From assembly GCA_963805975.1 (NCBI GenBank), contig CAWDVR010000001.1, positions 1,376,001-1,440,000 on the forward strand: 64,000 bases of DNA, given 5' to 3'. The position numbers were made by a program, and so were the translations under genes. Below, in pieces: positions 1 to 8,725 of the stretch (the first letter of the stretch is position 1; each line of letters starts with the position of its first letter). Under the pieces are notes generated by a model. That model worked only from the letters and a program-made list of their open reading frames with translations. It did not search any database and had not been told where the DNA came from. This DNA is from an uncultured Acidobacteriota bacterium. Lineage in GTDB: Bacteria > Acidobacteriota > Thermoanaerobaculia > Multivoradales > SZUA-115.

Positions 1-2
1 AG

Positions 3-917
3 AACCTCTGCCTCGCCGGCGGCGTGGCGCTGAACTGCGTGGCCAACGGCAGGATCCGGCGGGAAGGCCCGTTCGCGCGCCTGTTCGTGCCCCCGGCCGC
101 AGGGGACTCGGGCGGCGCTCTGGGCGCCGCGGCCCTGACCCATGCCGAGCTCACCGGCGAACGGCCGCGGCTCTCGCCTCTTCGCCACGCGCTCCACGGG
201 CCGGGCTGGCGAAGCGGCGAGGTGAAAACCCTGCTCGAGGCCTGCGGGCTGGCGGCCCTCGACTTCCGGGGCCGGGAGCCGGACCTGATCGAAGAGGTCG
301 CCGGGCGCCTGGCCGAGCGGCAGATCGTGGGCTGGTTCCAGGGCCGCGCCGAGATCGGCCCGCGGGCGCTCGGGGCGCGGAGCATCCTCGCCAACCCGCG
401 AGACCCTGAGATCCGCGAGCGGCTGAACCGCAAGGTGAAGAAGCGCGAGTCGTTCCGCCCCTTCGCTCCGGCCCTGCTCGTCGAGCGCTCCGCCGAGGTG
501 CTCGACCTCGACGAGCCCAGCCCCTTCATGCTCCTCACCTGCCAGGTCAAATCCGGCCTCGACCTTCCCGGAGTGACGCACGTGGACGGCTCGGCCCGGC
601 CGCAGACGGTGGACGCCCGGGACCAACCGCGCTTCGCCGCGCTGCTCGCCGCCTTCGAGCACCGCACCGGCTGCCCGGCGCTGGTCAACACCTCGTTCAA
701 CGTGCGGGGCGAGCCCATCGTCTCCTCGCCGGTCGACGCGCTGTTCTGCTTCGCCGAGGCTGGCCTCGACGCCCTGGTGATCGAGGACTTCGTGATCGAT
801 CGTGCGGCGCTCCCCGCGTGCTGGCGCGACCTCCTGCCCTGGTGGCGGCGCGGGCCGGAACGGGCCTTCGGCGGCCCGCGGAGCGCGGTCTCGGACCGGC
901 TCTACACCTTCGCCTGA
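3..917 (+). CDS. Carbamoyltransferase (CmcH/NodU family), C-terminal part; 5' end truncated by window edge
   Basis: Frame is open from base 3 (NLCLAGGVALNCVANG). Carries family motifs GDSGGALGAA, FQGRAEIGPRALGARSILANP, KKRESFRPFAP, THVDGSARPQTV and NTSFNVRGEPIV. Confidence 0.93.
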   Translation, partial: NLCLAGGVALNCVANGRIRREGPFARLFVPPAAGDSGGALGAAALTHAELTGERPRLSPLRHALHGPGWRSGEVKTLLEACGLAALDFRGREPDLIEEVAGRLAERQIVGWFQGRAEIGPRALGARSILANPRDPEIRERLNRKVKKRESFRPFAPALLVERSAEVLDLDEPSPFMLLTCQVKSGLDLPGVTHVDGSARPQTVDARDQPRFAALLAAFEHRTGCPALVNTSFNVRGEPIVSSPVDALFCFAEAGLDALVIEDFVIDRAALPACWRDLLPWWRRGPERAFGGPRSAVSDRLYTFA

Positions 918-938
918 CGCCGGACCGCGGAGTCTCCG

Positions 939-2942
939 ATGGCGAGCGTCAAGCCCGGGTCTCCGAGACCGATCTCGATCTGGAGGCCGCTCGAAGAGGG
1001 CGGCGAGAGGCGCTGGGTGCGGCCCGAGCCCGGGCCATTCGGCGATCACTATGCCGCCCGGCGGGAGCTTCGGCCACGGCAGGCAGGTGGACCGCGGCGC
1101 GTGGGCTTCTTCGGTGAGTCGGCGGCGGCCGGCTACCTCTACGCGCCCCACGCCACACCTGCGCAGGTGCTCGAAAGGCAGCTCTGCACGCTGGCGGGCG
1201 AGGCCAGCTTCGAGGTGCTCGACCTGGCCCGCACCAACGAGACGCTGGCAGGCCTCTCGGCGACGATCGAAGCCTCGCTGCAGCTCGATCCCGACGCGCT
1301 GGTGATCTTCGCCGGCAACAACTGGGACCTGCTCGAAACGCCCCGGTGGTCGCCCTTCGCCCCGGCAACAGGAGATCGCCGGCGCTTCGCCGAGGCTCTC
1401 GCTGAGGGGCTCACCGGCCCGAGGGAGAAGGCCCGGCGCGAGCTGGTCGAGAAAGCCTGGACCTTCTTCCTGTGGCTCGCCGACCTCGCCCGCGAGCGCA
1501 GGCTCGAGGTCGTGCTGGTGGTGCCGGAGGTGAACCTGGCCGATTGGGAGAGCCGCCAGCCCGTGGCCTGGCTGCCCGGCGACGGCACGCCGCGTTGGTA
1601 CCAGGCCTACGGCCGTGCCCGACACGCGCTCGCCGAAGGCGCTTTCGATCAAGCGGTGGCTGCCGGCTGGGAGATGGTCGACCTCGACGCCGAGACCTGC
1701 CCCACCTCCTGCCGCGTGCTGGCGCTGGGATACCTGGGCCAGGGCGATCTCGCGAAGGCCCGCGCCGCGGCCGGCGCCGAGGTGGATGCCGCGAGCTACG
1801 CGCTCTCGTCCTGGCTAGGTGCGCCCCGGGCCGACACCACCGCGCGGCAGCTCTGCCTGCGGGCAGGGCGCGACTTCGGTTTCGGTCTGGTCGATATGCG
1901 ATCTCTGTTCGACGGGGCTGGCGGCGGGGCGCTCCCCGGCCGGCGCTTCTTCCTCGACTACTGCCACCTCACCCTCGAGGGCATGCACCTCGCCATGGCC
2001 GGCGTGACGGCGCGGCTGCTCGGGGAGGAGAAACCCGGGCTCTCCTGGCAGGCGGTGGCGAAAGAGGTCCCCGCACCCACCGTCGCGCCAGCCGCGGACG
2101 CGGTGGCCAAGCTGGGAGCGGCGGTGCACGGCGCCCACCGGCTGCTCTCGGTGAGCCCCAAGGCGGCGCTCCTCCGGCATTGGTGCCGGGAGGCGCTGGC
2201 CGCGGACGCGGGCGTCGCACAGGCCATGCTGGAGCTGATTGAGGCACGCACCGCACCGGTGCCGGCGATGCTCGGCAAGGCGCAGGCATCGAACCTCGCC
2301 TCCCCGCACCGCCTCTCGCTCCAGCACGGCTGGCGATGGGACCATCTCGACGCGGATCTCCTGGGTGTGCTGGAGGAATCGCTCGGCGAACACGACCTCG
2401 CCGTTGTCGAGCGCTTCCGGGCTCTCGTCGCCCGCTGCCGCGCGAGCGCGCAGCCGCGCGAGCTCTCGCGAGCGCCCTTCCTCTGGGAGCCTCTGGAGCG
2501 CTTCTGGTCCGAGGTCGCCGACTTCGCCGACCTGCCGCGCCGCGCCGCCTACCGCGCCACCTGGCCGGAGTCCGGCTTCGCGCTGGTGGCGGGAGAAGGC
2601 GAAGCCGTGACGATCGAGGCCACGCTCCGCCTGCCGCCGATCCCGGGCGTCGAGATCGAGCGCCGGGGCACGGTCGAGCTGGCGGTCAACGGCCAGGTCG
2701 TGGCCTCCTGCGCCGCCGGCCCGCGCTGGACCACCGTGCTCCTCCAGCTCGAGCCCGCCCGGCTACGCGCCGGCCTCAACCGCCTCTCGCTCCGCTGGCC
2801 CGAGCTGCCGCCGGTCGGGACCCAGGCCCTCGCCGGCGCCATCTCGCGGCTGGAGAAAGGCTTGCCGGCGGAGATCCATCCGGTGTTCGGAGAGGTGTTC
2901 TCGCTGGTTGGCTACACCTCTCCACGTAGGGGCCGCAACTGA
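939..2942 (+). CDS. SGNH/GDSL-hydrolase-like protein with helical insertion (667 aa, function unknown)
   Basis: SGNH-like blocks FFGESAAAG, FAGNNWD and FLDYCHLT. Starts 21 bp after the carbamoyltransferase stop. Confidence 0.65.
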   Translation: MASVKPGSPRPISIWRPLEEGGERRWVRPEPGPFGDHYAARRELRPRQAGGPRRVGFFGESAAAGYLYAPHATPAQVLERQLCTLAGEASFEVLDLARTNETLAGLSATIEASLQLDPDALVIFAGNNWDLLETPRWSPFAPATGDRRRFAEALAEGLTGPREKARRELVEKAWTFFLWLADLARERRLEVVLVVPEVNLADWESRQPVAWLPGDGTPRWYQAYGRARHALAEGAFDQAVAAGWEMVDLDAETCPTSCRVLALGYLGQGDLAKARAAAGAEVDAASYALSSWLGAPRADTTARQLCLRAGRDFGFGLVDMRSLFDGAGGGALPGRRFFLDYCHLTLEGMHLAMAGVTARLLGEEKPGLSWQAVAKEVPAPTVAPAADAVAKLGAAVHGAHRLLSVSPKAALLRHWCREALAADAGVAQAMLELIEARTAPVPAMLGKAQASNLASPHRLSLQHGWRWDHLDADLLGVLEESLGEHDLAVVERFRALVARCRASAQPRELSRAPFLWEPLERFWSEVADFADLPRRAAYRATWPESGFALVAGEGEAVTIEATLRLPPIPGVEIERRGTVELAVNGQVVASCAAGPRWTTVLLQLEPARLRAGLNRLSLRWPELPPVGTQALAGAISRLEKGLPAEIHPVFGEVFSLVGYTSPRRGRN

Positions 2943-2965
2943 CCCGCGGCAAGAGGTACGTCGGA

Positions 2966-2993
2966 TTGCATCCATACGAATGCGCTGTAGAAT
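2966..2993 (+). promoter_or_regulatory. Putative sigma70 promoter for the yegP-like gene
   Basis: TTGCAT-16 nt-TAGAAT, with a GAAAGGAG ribosome-binding site before ATG 3060. Confidence 0.5.
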
Positions 2994-3059
2994 GAATCAC
3001 GCTGCAGAGCATCTGAAACGCCTTCGTTGGACCTCAACATCCCTTGGAAAGGAGTTGTC

Positions 3060-3386
3060 ATGGCAGGTTGGTACGAGCTGAACAAGAACGAGCAGTACTC
3101 TTTTGTCCTGAAGGCTGGGAACGGCGAGGTCATCCTCCGGAGTGAGCAGTACGAGAGCAAGAACTCCGCGCAGAACGGCATCGCCTCGGTACAGGTCAAC
3201 AGTCCTCTGGAGGCGCGCTACGAGCGCAAGGACTCTTCGGACGATAGGTTCTTCTTCAACTTGAAGGCTGCGAACCATCAAGTCATCGGCACCAGCCAGA
3301 TGTACAAGACGGCCGCGAGCCGCGAAACAGGCATTCAATCGGTCCAAGCCAATGGCCCGACCAAGACCGTCAAGGACAACACCTGA
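3060..3386 (+). CDS. yegP: YegP family protein (tandem DUF1508)
   Basis: Two repeats of FxLKAxNxxVIxxSxxY. AAGGAG RBS precedes ATG 3060. Confidence 0.9.
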   Translation: MAGWYELNKNEQYSFVLKAGNGEVILRSEQYESKNSAQNGIASVQVNSPLEARYERKDSSDDRFFFNLKAANHQVIGTSQMYKTAASRETGIQSVQANGPTKTVKDNT

Positions 3387-3447
3387 CCCTTCCCTCGTCT
3401 CTCGCTCCGACACGGCTGGCGGTGGGCCTGCTGCGGAGACTGGGCCA

Positions 3448-3975
3448 ATGAGCACTGTGACCGACCTCCATCGGCACATGGAATGGGCCGATGCCGCGGT
3501 CTGGACCTCGGTGCTGGCTGGCGAGAGCAGCCGCACCGACGACAGGCTCCGGGCGTTGCTCTATCACCTCCACATGGTGCAGCGCGCCTTCCTGCGCGTC
3601 TGGCGCGGCGAGCCCCGCGAAACGCCCTACCCCACGTTCGATGATCCGCTGTCTTTGATGGGCTGGGGCCAAGGGTTCTACGGCGAAGCCTCGGCCTACC
3701 TGGGGGCGCTGAGCGAGGAGCAGATGGCGGAACCCTTGCCGGTGCCGTGGGCCACGATGGTCGAACGCCGTCTCGGTCGCGCGGCGCAGCCCACGACCCT
3801 GGGCGAGACTGCGCTCCAGGTGGCGCTCCACAGCCAGTACCACCGCGGGCAGATCAACGCCCGGCTGCGCGAGCTGGGTCGAGAGCCGCCGCTGGTGGAC
3901 TACATCGCCTGGGTGTGGCTGGGCCGGCCGTCGCCGGAATGGCCGCCCTACCTCGCGTCCCGCCCCAGCCACTGA
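3448..3975 (+). CDS. DinB family protein
   Basis: HMEWAD, LYHL and [25 protein letters not shown] motifs of the DinB/YfiT-like family. Confidence 0.85.
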   Translation: MSTVTDLHRHMEWADAAVWTSVLAGESSRTDDRLRALLYHLHMVQRAFLRVWRGEPRETPYPTFDDPLSLMGWGQGFYGEASAYLGALSEEQMAEPLPVPWATMVERRLGRAAQPTTLGETALQVALHSQYHRGQINARLRELGREPPLVDYIAWVWLGRPSPEWPPYLASRPSH

Positions 3976-4875
3976 AAGGCGCGGTAGGCAAGGCCGGTCA
4001 GGGTGGTGAAGAGGTCGAAGCCGCCCTTCCGCCGGCTCGGCACGGAGGGGCGGTAGTTGCTCTCCCCGTTCCTCGAGCCGCTTCAGCCTCTCGCGCCGCT
4101 CCAGCTCCTTCTGTTCCTCTTGCCGCCGCCGCTCTTCGCTGGCCAGACCGCCACGACGGACCCAGGCGAGGAGGCGATCGAGCTCGTGGGCGTCGAACCA
4201 CACGCCGTGCTGGGCGCAGACGTCGAGGATGATGCCGCTCGAGCGGCCGTAGTTCTGGCGGTTCATCAAGGTCTCGCAGCTCGGGCAGGGGCGGTACAGG
4301 CGGTCCGGGTTGCCGTGGCTCGCCGAGGAGACGAGCGACGGGTTCTCACCCGGCGCGCGGAAGGCGAGATCCTCCAGCTCCCCGGCTCGGGCCTTCTCCG
4401 CCAGCCGCCGGAAGGCCTCGGCGCCGATCCACAACCCGCCGCACACACCGCATTCGAGCGCCGAGAACCCCTGCTCGCCGAGCCGCCGGCCGGAGAGGCT
4501 ACGCCCCTCGCCACATGCCGGGCACGGCCGTGCGGTGGGCTCGCCGGCCCTCTCCTCCACCAGAAGGGGGGTGCCGCAATGGTGGCAGAAGCGGCCCTTG
4601 CCGCTGATCCGCGCCAGGCACTGCGAGCAGATGGTGTCGAGATCCTGTTCGTGGAGGGTGAAGTCGGCGCTGCAGAAGCCGCAGGCGACTGCCTGGCCCT
4701 GGCGCGGTGCGCCGCAGGAGGAACAGCGCACCACGGCCGCTTCGTGCGACGAAGGCATCGGCACCGCCAGCCGGTGGCCGCAGGCGCAGCGGAAGCGGCT
4801 GCCCACGGCCAGGCCCGCGGCGTCGAACTGGCGCGCACAGCGGTCGCAGGCTACGATCAGGCGCAGCGGAGACAT
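3948..4875 (-). CDS. Multi zinc-ribbon protein with two zf-TFIIB-like domains; probable frameshift near 4065
   Basis: Many CxxC pairs ([45 protein letters not shown]). The called frame runs through the antisense of dinB, whereas an alternative frame gives a natural end [25 protein letters not shown] at 3948. Confidence 0.7.
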
Positions 4876-4936
4876 GGCAACGACAGTATCGTACGGCCGC
4901 TCGATCGTTACTCTTCCCCACCTGCCTCAAAGCACG

Positions 4937-5788
4937 ATGAGCGATCCCGCCTCCCACCTCGCCGACCTCCTGCGCCCGCTCGACCGGGGCCTGCTGCTGG
5001 TGGTGACCGGCGCCGGCGTCAGCCTGGCCTCCGGCATCCCGACCTTCCGCGGCACGGACCCCGGCGCGATCTGGAAGCGGGACGTGACCGAGCTCGGCAC
5101 CTTCGGCTACTTCCGCCGCGACCCGGCCGGCTCCTGGCAGTGGTACATGGCGCGCTTCGATCTCGTGCTCGGCGCGCGGCCCAATCCGGCGCACGCCGCC
5201 ATCGCCGCGCTCGAGCGCTGGCAGCTCGCGCGCGGCGGCGATTTTCTGCTCGTCACGCAGAACATCGACACCCTGCACGAGGAGGCCGGCTCGCAGCGCA
5301 TGGTGAAGGTGCACGGCAGCGCCGACCGCGTGCGCTGCAGCCGCGACGGCTGCCGGCTGGGCGCTCTCGCCGGCTCGCTGCCGCGGAGCGAGATCGACTT
5401 CGCCGCCTTCCTCGCCGCGCCCGGCGCCGCGACCGTGCCGCGCTGCCCGGAGTGCGGTGCGCTGTTGCGCCAGCACGTGCTGTGGTTCGACGAGGTGTAC
5501 TCGAGCCACGCCGACTACCAGTGGGAGCGCGTGCTCGCCGCCGTGGACCGCATGCACCTGGCGCTCTGCGTGGGCACCTCCTTCGCCGTCGGCTTCACCG
5601 AGGCCGTGCTCCAGGCGGCGTTCTGGAACGGCGCCCGGGTGGTGGCCGTGGACCCCGGCGAGCCGCCGCTCCAGGCGAGCCGCGGCTTCGAGCACCTCCG
5701 CGCGCCGGCGGAAGAGCTGCTGCCTGCGGTCTGCGCCCAGCTCGGGGCTCCCCTGCCGGGAGCCCCCCGCAGTCCAGGAGACGGATGA
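4937..5788 (+). CDS. cobB: NAD-dependent protein deacylase (Sir2 family, class III-like)
   Basis: GAGVSLASGIPTFRG, WYMAR (YxxR), TQNID, VHGS, zinc-binding CSRDGC/CPEC and GTS motifs. Confidence 0.9.
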   Translation: MSDPASHLADLLRPLDRGLLLVVTGAGVSLASGIPTFRGTDPGAIWKRDVTELGTFGYFRRDPAGSWQWYMARFDLVLGARPNPAHAAIAALERWQLARGGDFLLVTQNIDTLHEEAGSQRMVKVHGSADRVRCSRDGCRLGALAGSLPRSEIDFAAFLAAPGAATVPRCPECGALLRQHVLWFDEVYSSHADYQWERVLAAVDRMHLALCVGTSFAVGFTEAVLQAAFWNGARVVAVDPGEPPLQASRGFEHLRAPAEELLPAVCAQLGAPLPGAPRSPGDG

Positions 5789-7017
5789 GCGCCGCCGGCG
5801 GCATCGATCTCGTCATCCGCCTCGGCCGCGCCCTCCACGCCTACGGCACCTCGTCCCACCGCCTGGAGATGGCGCTCGGCCGGGTGGCGGCACGCCTCGG
5901 GCTCGCGGGGCAATTCTTCTCGACCCCGACCGCGATCTTCGCCTCGTTCGGCGAGGGCGAGACTTCGCGGACCGTGCTGGTTCGCGCCGAGCCGGGCGGC
6001 GTCGATCTCGAGAAGCTGTCGCGGCTCGAAGAGGTGCTCGGCGACGTGCTCGCCGGCCGGGTGGAGCCGGCCGAGGCGGCACGGCGGATCGACGCCGTGG
6101 TGGCGGCGCCGGGCCGCTACGGCAGGGTGCAGACCACGCTGGCCTCGGCCCTGGCCTCGGGCGCCGCGGCCCGCTTCTTCGGGGGCGGCCTGCGGGAGAT
6201 CGCGGCCGCCGCGGGGATCGGTCTCGCGATCGGCGTCCTGGCGATGCTCGTAGATGGGCGGCCGAACGCCAGCCGGCTCTTCGAGCCGGTGTCCGCTTTC
6301 TTCGCCACCGCCGCCGCGACCAGCCTCGCCGTGCTCACCCAGGACACGCCGTTCGGCCCCATTGCCGCCTACATCGTGGCCCTGGCGGGGATGATCGTGC
6401 TGGTGCCGGGGCTGACGCTCACCATCGCCCTGTCCGAGCTCGGCGCCCGTCACCTGGTGGCCGGCAGTGCCCGGCTGGCGGGCGCCATCGTCACGTTCAT
6501 GCTGATCGGTTTCGGTGTCGCGCTCGGCCAGCGCACTGCCGAGGGCCTGCTGCGCAAGGCACCCGAGGTGGCGCCGCTGGCCCTGCCCGTGTGGACCGAG
6601 CTGCCGGCCCTCGCGGTGTCGGCCCTGGGCCTCATGGTGCTGTTCCGCGCCCGGCCCCGCGACTACGTCTGGGTGCTCGCCGGGGCGGCGCTGGCGCTCT
6701 TCGGCAGCCGCTTCGGCAGCGAGCTCCTGGGTCCGGAGCTGGGGGCCTTCGTCGGCGCCTTTCTGCTCGGCCTGGGGAGCAACCTCTTCCGCCGGCTCTT
6801 CGACCGCCCGGCGGCCATTCCGCAGGTACCCGGCTTGATGCTCCTGGTGCCGGGCAGCCTCGGCTTTCGCAGCGTCTCCGCGCTCCTCGAGCAGGACGTG
6901 CTCTCGGGCATCCAGGCTGCCTTCACCATGACGCTGGTCGCGGTGTCGCTGGTGACCGGCCTCCTGATCTCGAACGTGCTGACCGCGCCGCGGCGCAGCC
7001 TCGCGGGAGGACCATGA
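5785..7017 (+). CDS. Threonine/serine exporter (ThrE family)
   Basis: LGRALHAYGTSSHRLE, PTAIFASF, LVPGLTLTIAL and LLVPGS motifs with about 10 hydrophobic segments. ATGA overlap with the sirtuin gene. Confidence 0.88.
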   Translation: MSAAGGIDLVIRLGRALHAYGTSSHRLEMALGRVAARLGLAGQFFSTPTAIFASFGEGETSRTVLVRAEPGGVDLEKLSRLEEVLGDVLAGRVEPAEAARRIDAVVAAPGRYGRVQTTLASALASGAAARFFGGGLREIAAAAGIGLAIGVLAMLVDGRPNASRLFEPVSAFFATAAATSLAVLTQDTPFGPIAAYIVALAGMIVLVPGLTLTIALSELGARHLVAGSARLAGAIVTFMLIGFGVALGQRTAEGLLRKAPEVAPLALPVWTELPALAVSALGLMVLFRARPRDYVWVLAGAALALFGSRFGSELLGPELGAFVGAFLLGLGSNLFRRLFDRPAAIPQVPGLMLLVPGSLGFRSVSALLEQDVLSGIQAAFTMTLVAVSLVTGLLISNVLTAPRRSLAGGP

Positions 7018-8237
7018 CGCGCGCCGAGGCCCTCGCCCTGGATGCGAGCGATCCGCTGGCCCGCTTCGGCGAGCGCTTCTCGCTGCCGGCCGGAGTGATC
7101 TATCTCGACGGCAACTCGTTGGGGCCGCTGCCGCGTGCCACCTCCGCGCGGCTCGCCCGCGTGATGGAAGTGGAATGGGGCCAGAGCCTGATCCGCTCCT
7201 GGAACGAGCACGGCTGGCTCGACCTGCCGCGCCGGGTGGCGGTGAAGATCGCTCCGCTGATCGGCGCCGGCGAGCACGAGGTGATGGTCGCGGACTCGAC
7301 CTCCGTCAACCTCTACAAGCTGCTGTCGGCGGCACTCGAGCTGCGGCCCGGCCGTAGCGTGATCCTCTCCTCGCCGCGCAACTTTCCCTCCGATCTCTAC
7401 CTGATGCAGGGGCTCGCGCGCCGCCTGGGAGGCTGCGAGCTCCGCCTGGCGGAGGACCCGGTCGCGGCTCTCGACGAGACGATCGCCGTGCTCGCCCTGA
7501 CCCACGTCGACTTCAGGAGCGGCGAGCTCTTCGACCTGCCCGCGGTGACCGCCGCCGCGCACGCCGCCGGCGCTCTGGCCCTCTGGGACCTGGCGCACAC
7601 GGCAGGCGCCGTGCCGGTGGACCTGAACGCGGCTGGTGCGGACCTCGCCGTGGGCTGTGGCTACAAGTACCTGAACGGTGGCCCCGGCGCTCCCGCCTTC
7701 CTCTACGTGGCGGAGCGGCACCAGGAGCAGGCGATGAGCCCGCTCGCCGGCTGGCTGGGGCACGCCGAGCCTTTCGCGTTCGACACCGCCTACCGCCCGG
7801 CGCCGGGCATCGGCCGCTTCCTCTGCGGCACGCCGCCCATCCTTTCTCTAGCGGCGCTCGACGCCGGGCTCGACACTTTCGAGGGCGTGGACCCCGCCGC
7901 GCTCCGCGCCAAGTCCATGGCGCTGGGAGATCTCTTTGTCCATCTGATCGAGGAGCGCTGCGCCGGCCTCGGGTTCGCGGTGGTCTCGCCGCGCGACGCC
8001 GCCCGCCGCGGCAGCCAGGTCTCGCTCGCCCACCCCGAGGGCTACGCCATCGTCCAGGCGCTCATCGCCCGCAACGTGATCGGCGACTTCCGCACTCCGG
8101 ACGTGCTGCGCTTCGGCCTGGCGCCGCTCTATCTGAGGTACACGGACGTGTGGGACGCCGTCGAGGCCCTGCGGCTGGTGATGGAGGGGAGAGAGTGGGA
8201 GCGGGCGGAGCATCGACGGCGGGCGGCGGTAACGTAA
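7014..8237 (+). CDS. kynU: Kynureninase
   Basis: IYLDGNSLG, DSTSVNLYK, WDLAHTAG, PLP lysine in GCGYKYLNGGPG and RGSQVS. GGAGG RBS and ATGA overlap. Confidence 0.95.
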   Translation: MTRAEALALDASDPLARFGERFSLPAGVIYLDGNSLGPLPRATSARLARVMEVEWGQSLIRSWNEHGWLDLPRRVAVKIAPLIGAGEHEVMVADSTSVNLYKLLSAALELRPGRSVILSSPRNFPSDLYLMQGLARRLGGCELRLAEDPVAALDETIAVLALTHVDFRSGELFDLPAVTAAAHAAGALALWDLAHTAGAVPVDLNAAGADLAVGCGYKYLNGGPGAPAFLYVAERHQEQAMSPLAGWLGHAEPFAFDTAYRPAPGIGRFLCGTPPILSLAALDAGLDTFEGVDPAALRAKSMALGDLFVHLIEERCAGLGFAVVSPRDAARRGSQVSLAHPEGYAIVQALIARNVIGDFRTPDVLRFGLAPLYLRYTDVWDAVEALRLVMEGREWERAEHRRRAAVT

Positions 8238-8347
8238 CGACGATCGGGCCGCCAGTATCCACCGTCGGTCTGGCCCTGGGCGCGCCAAGGTGCCGCACCG
8301 GTCCACGAACTCGTAAACCGGCTCGACCTCAGAAAGGTGGCCCTCAT

Positions 8348-8725
8348 ATGGCCCGGCCTCGCTGTCGGAAGGCGCTCGTTCTCCGCCTTGCCCCGGCTCT
8401 CGCGATCACCGCCTCGTGGCTCGCCGGCACGGCGGCGCCGGTGTCCGCGGCGCCTGCGTTCCACACCTGCAAGTCGGTGGACGTCTCGACCTACCCCGAA
8501 CGCATCCACGTCCGCTGCGACAAAGCCGCCGCCGGCGGCTTCGTCTTCTTTGCGGTCTCCACTTCGAACTCGGCGCACGCGGCGCGCATCCTGGCCGTGC
8601 TGCTGGTCGCGCACGCCACCGGCAAGAACCTCGAGGTCGAGTTCGACACCGGCGACACGAGCGGGAAAGCCTTCGGGTGCCTGGAGCACGACTGCCGGCG
8701 CCTCGTCTCGGTCGGGATCAAGTGA
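8348..8725 (+). CDS. Small secreted Cys-containing hypothetical protein
   Basis: AAAGGT RBS, basic N-terminus followed by a hydrophobic signal peptide (..AAPVSA), and four Cys in the mature region. TGATG overlap with the next gene. Confidence 0.7.
   Translation: MARPRCRKALVLRLAPALAITASWLAGTAAPVSAAPAFHTCKSVDVSTYPERIHVRCDKAAAGGFVFFAVSTSNSAHAARILAVLLVAHATGKNLEVEFDTGDTSGKAFGCLEHDCRRLVSVGIK

Noticed and set aside
4937-5788. Sir2 as an anti-phage defence effector (Thoeris, DSR or pAgo-associated)
   Set aside because: It is a classical zinc-binding CobB-type deacylase with no defence partner genes nearby.
4057-8237. Apparent fusion ORFs of 986 aa and 926 aa (also 32668-35334, 43286-46090, 45358-47742, 47758-49920)
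   Set aside because: The N-terminal extensions are off-frame reads of neighbouring genes; internal starts with an RBS, overlap or promoter explain the real proteins.
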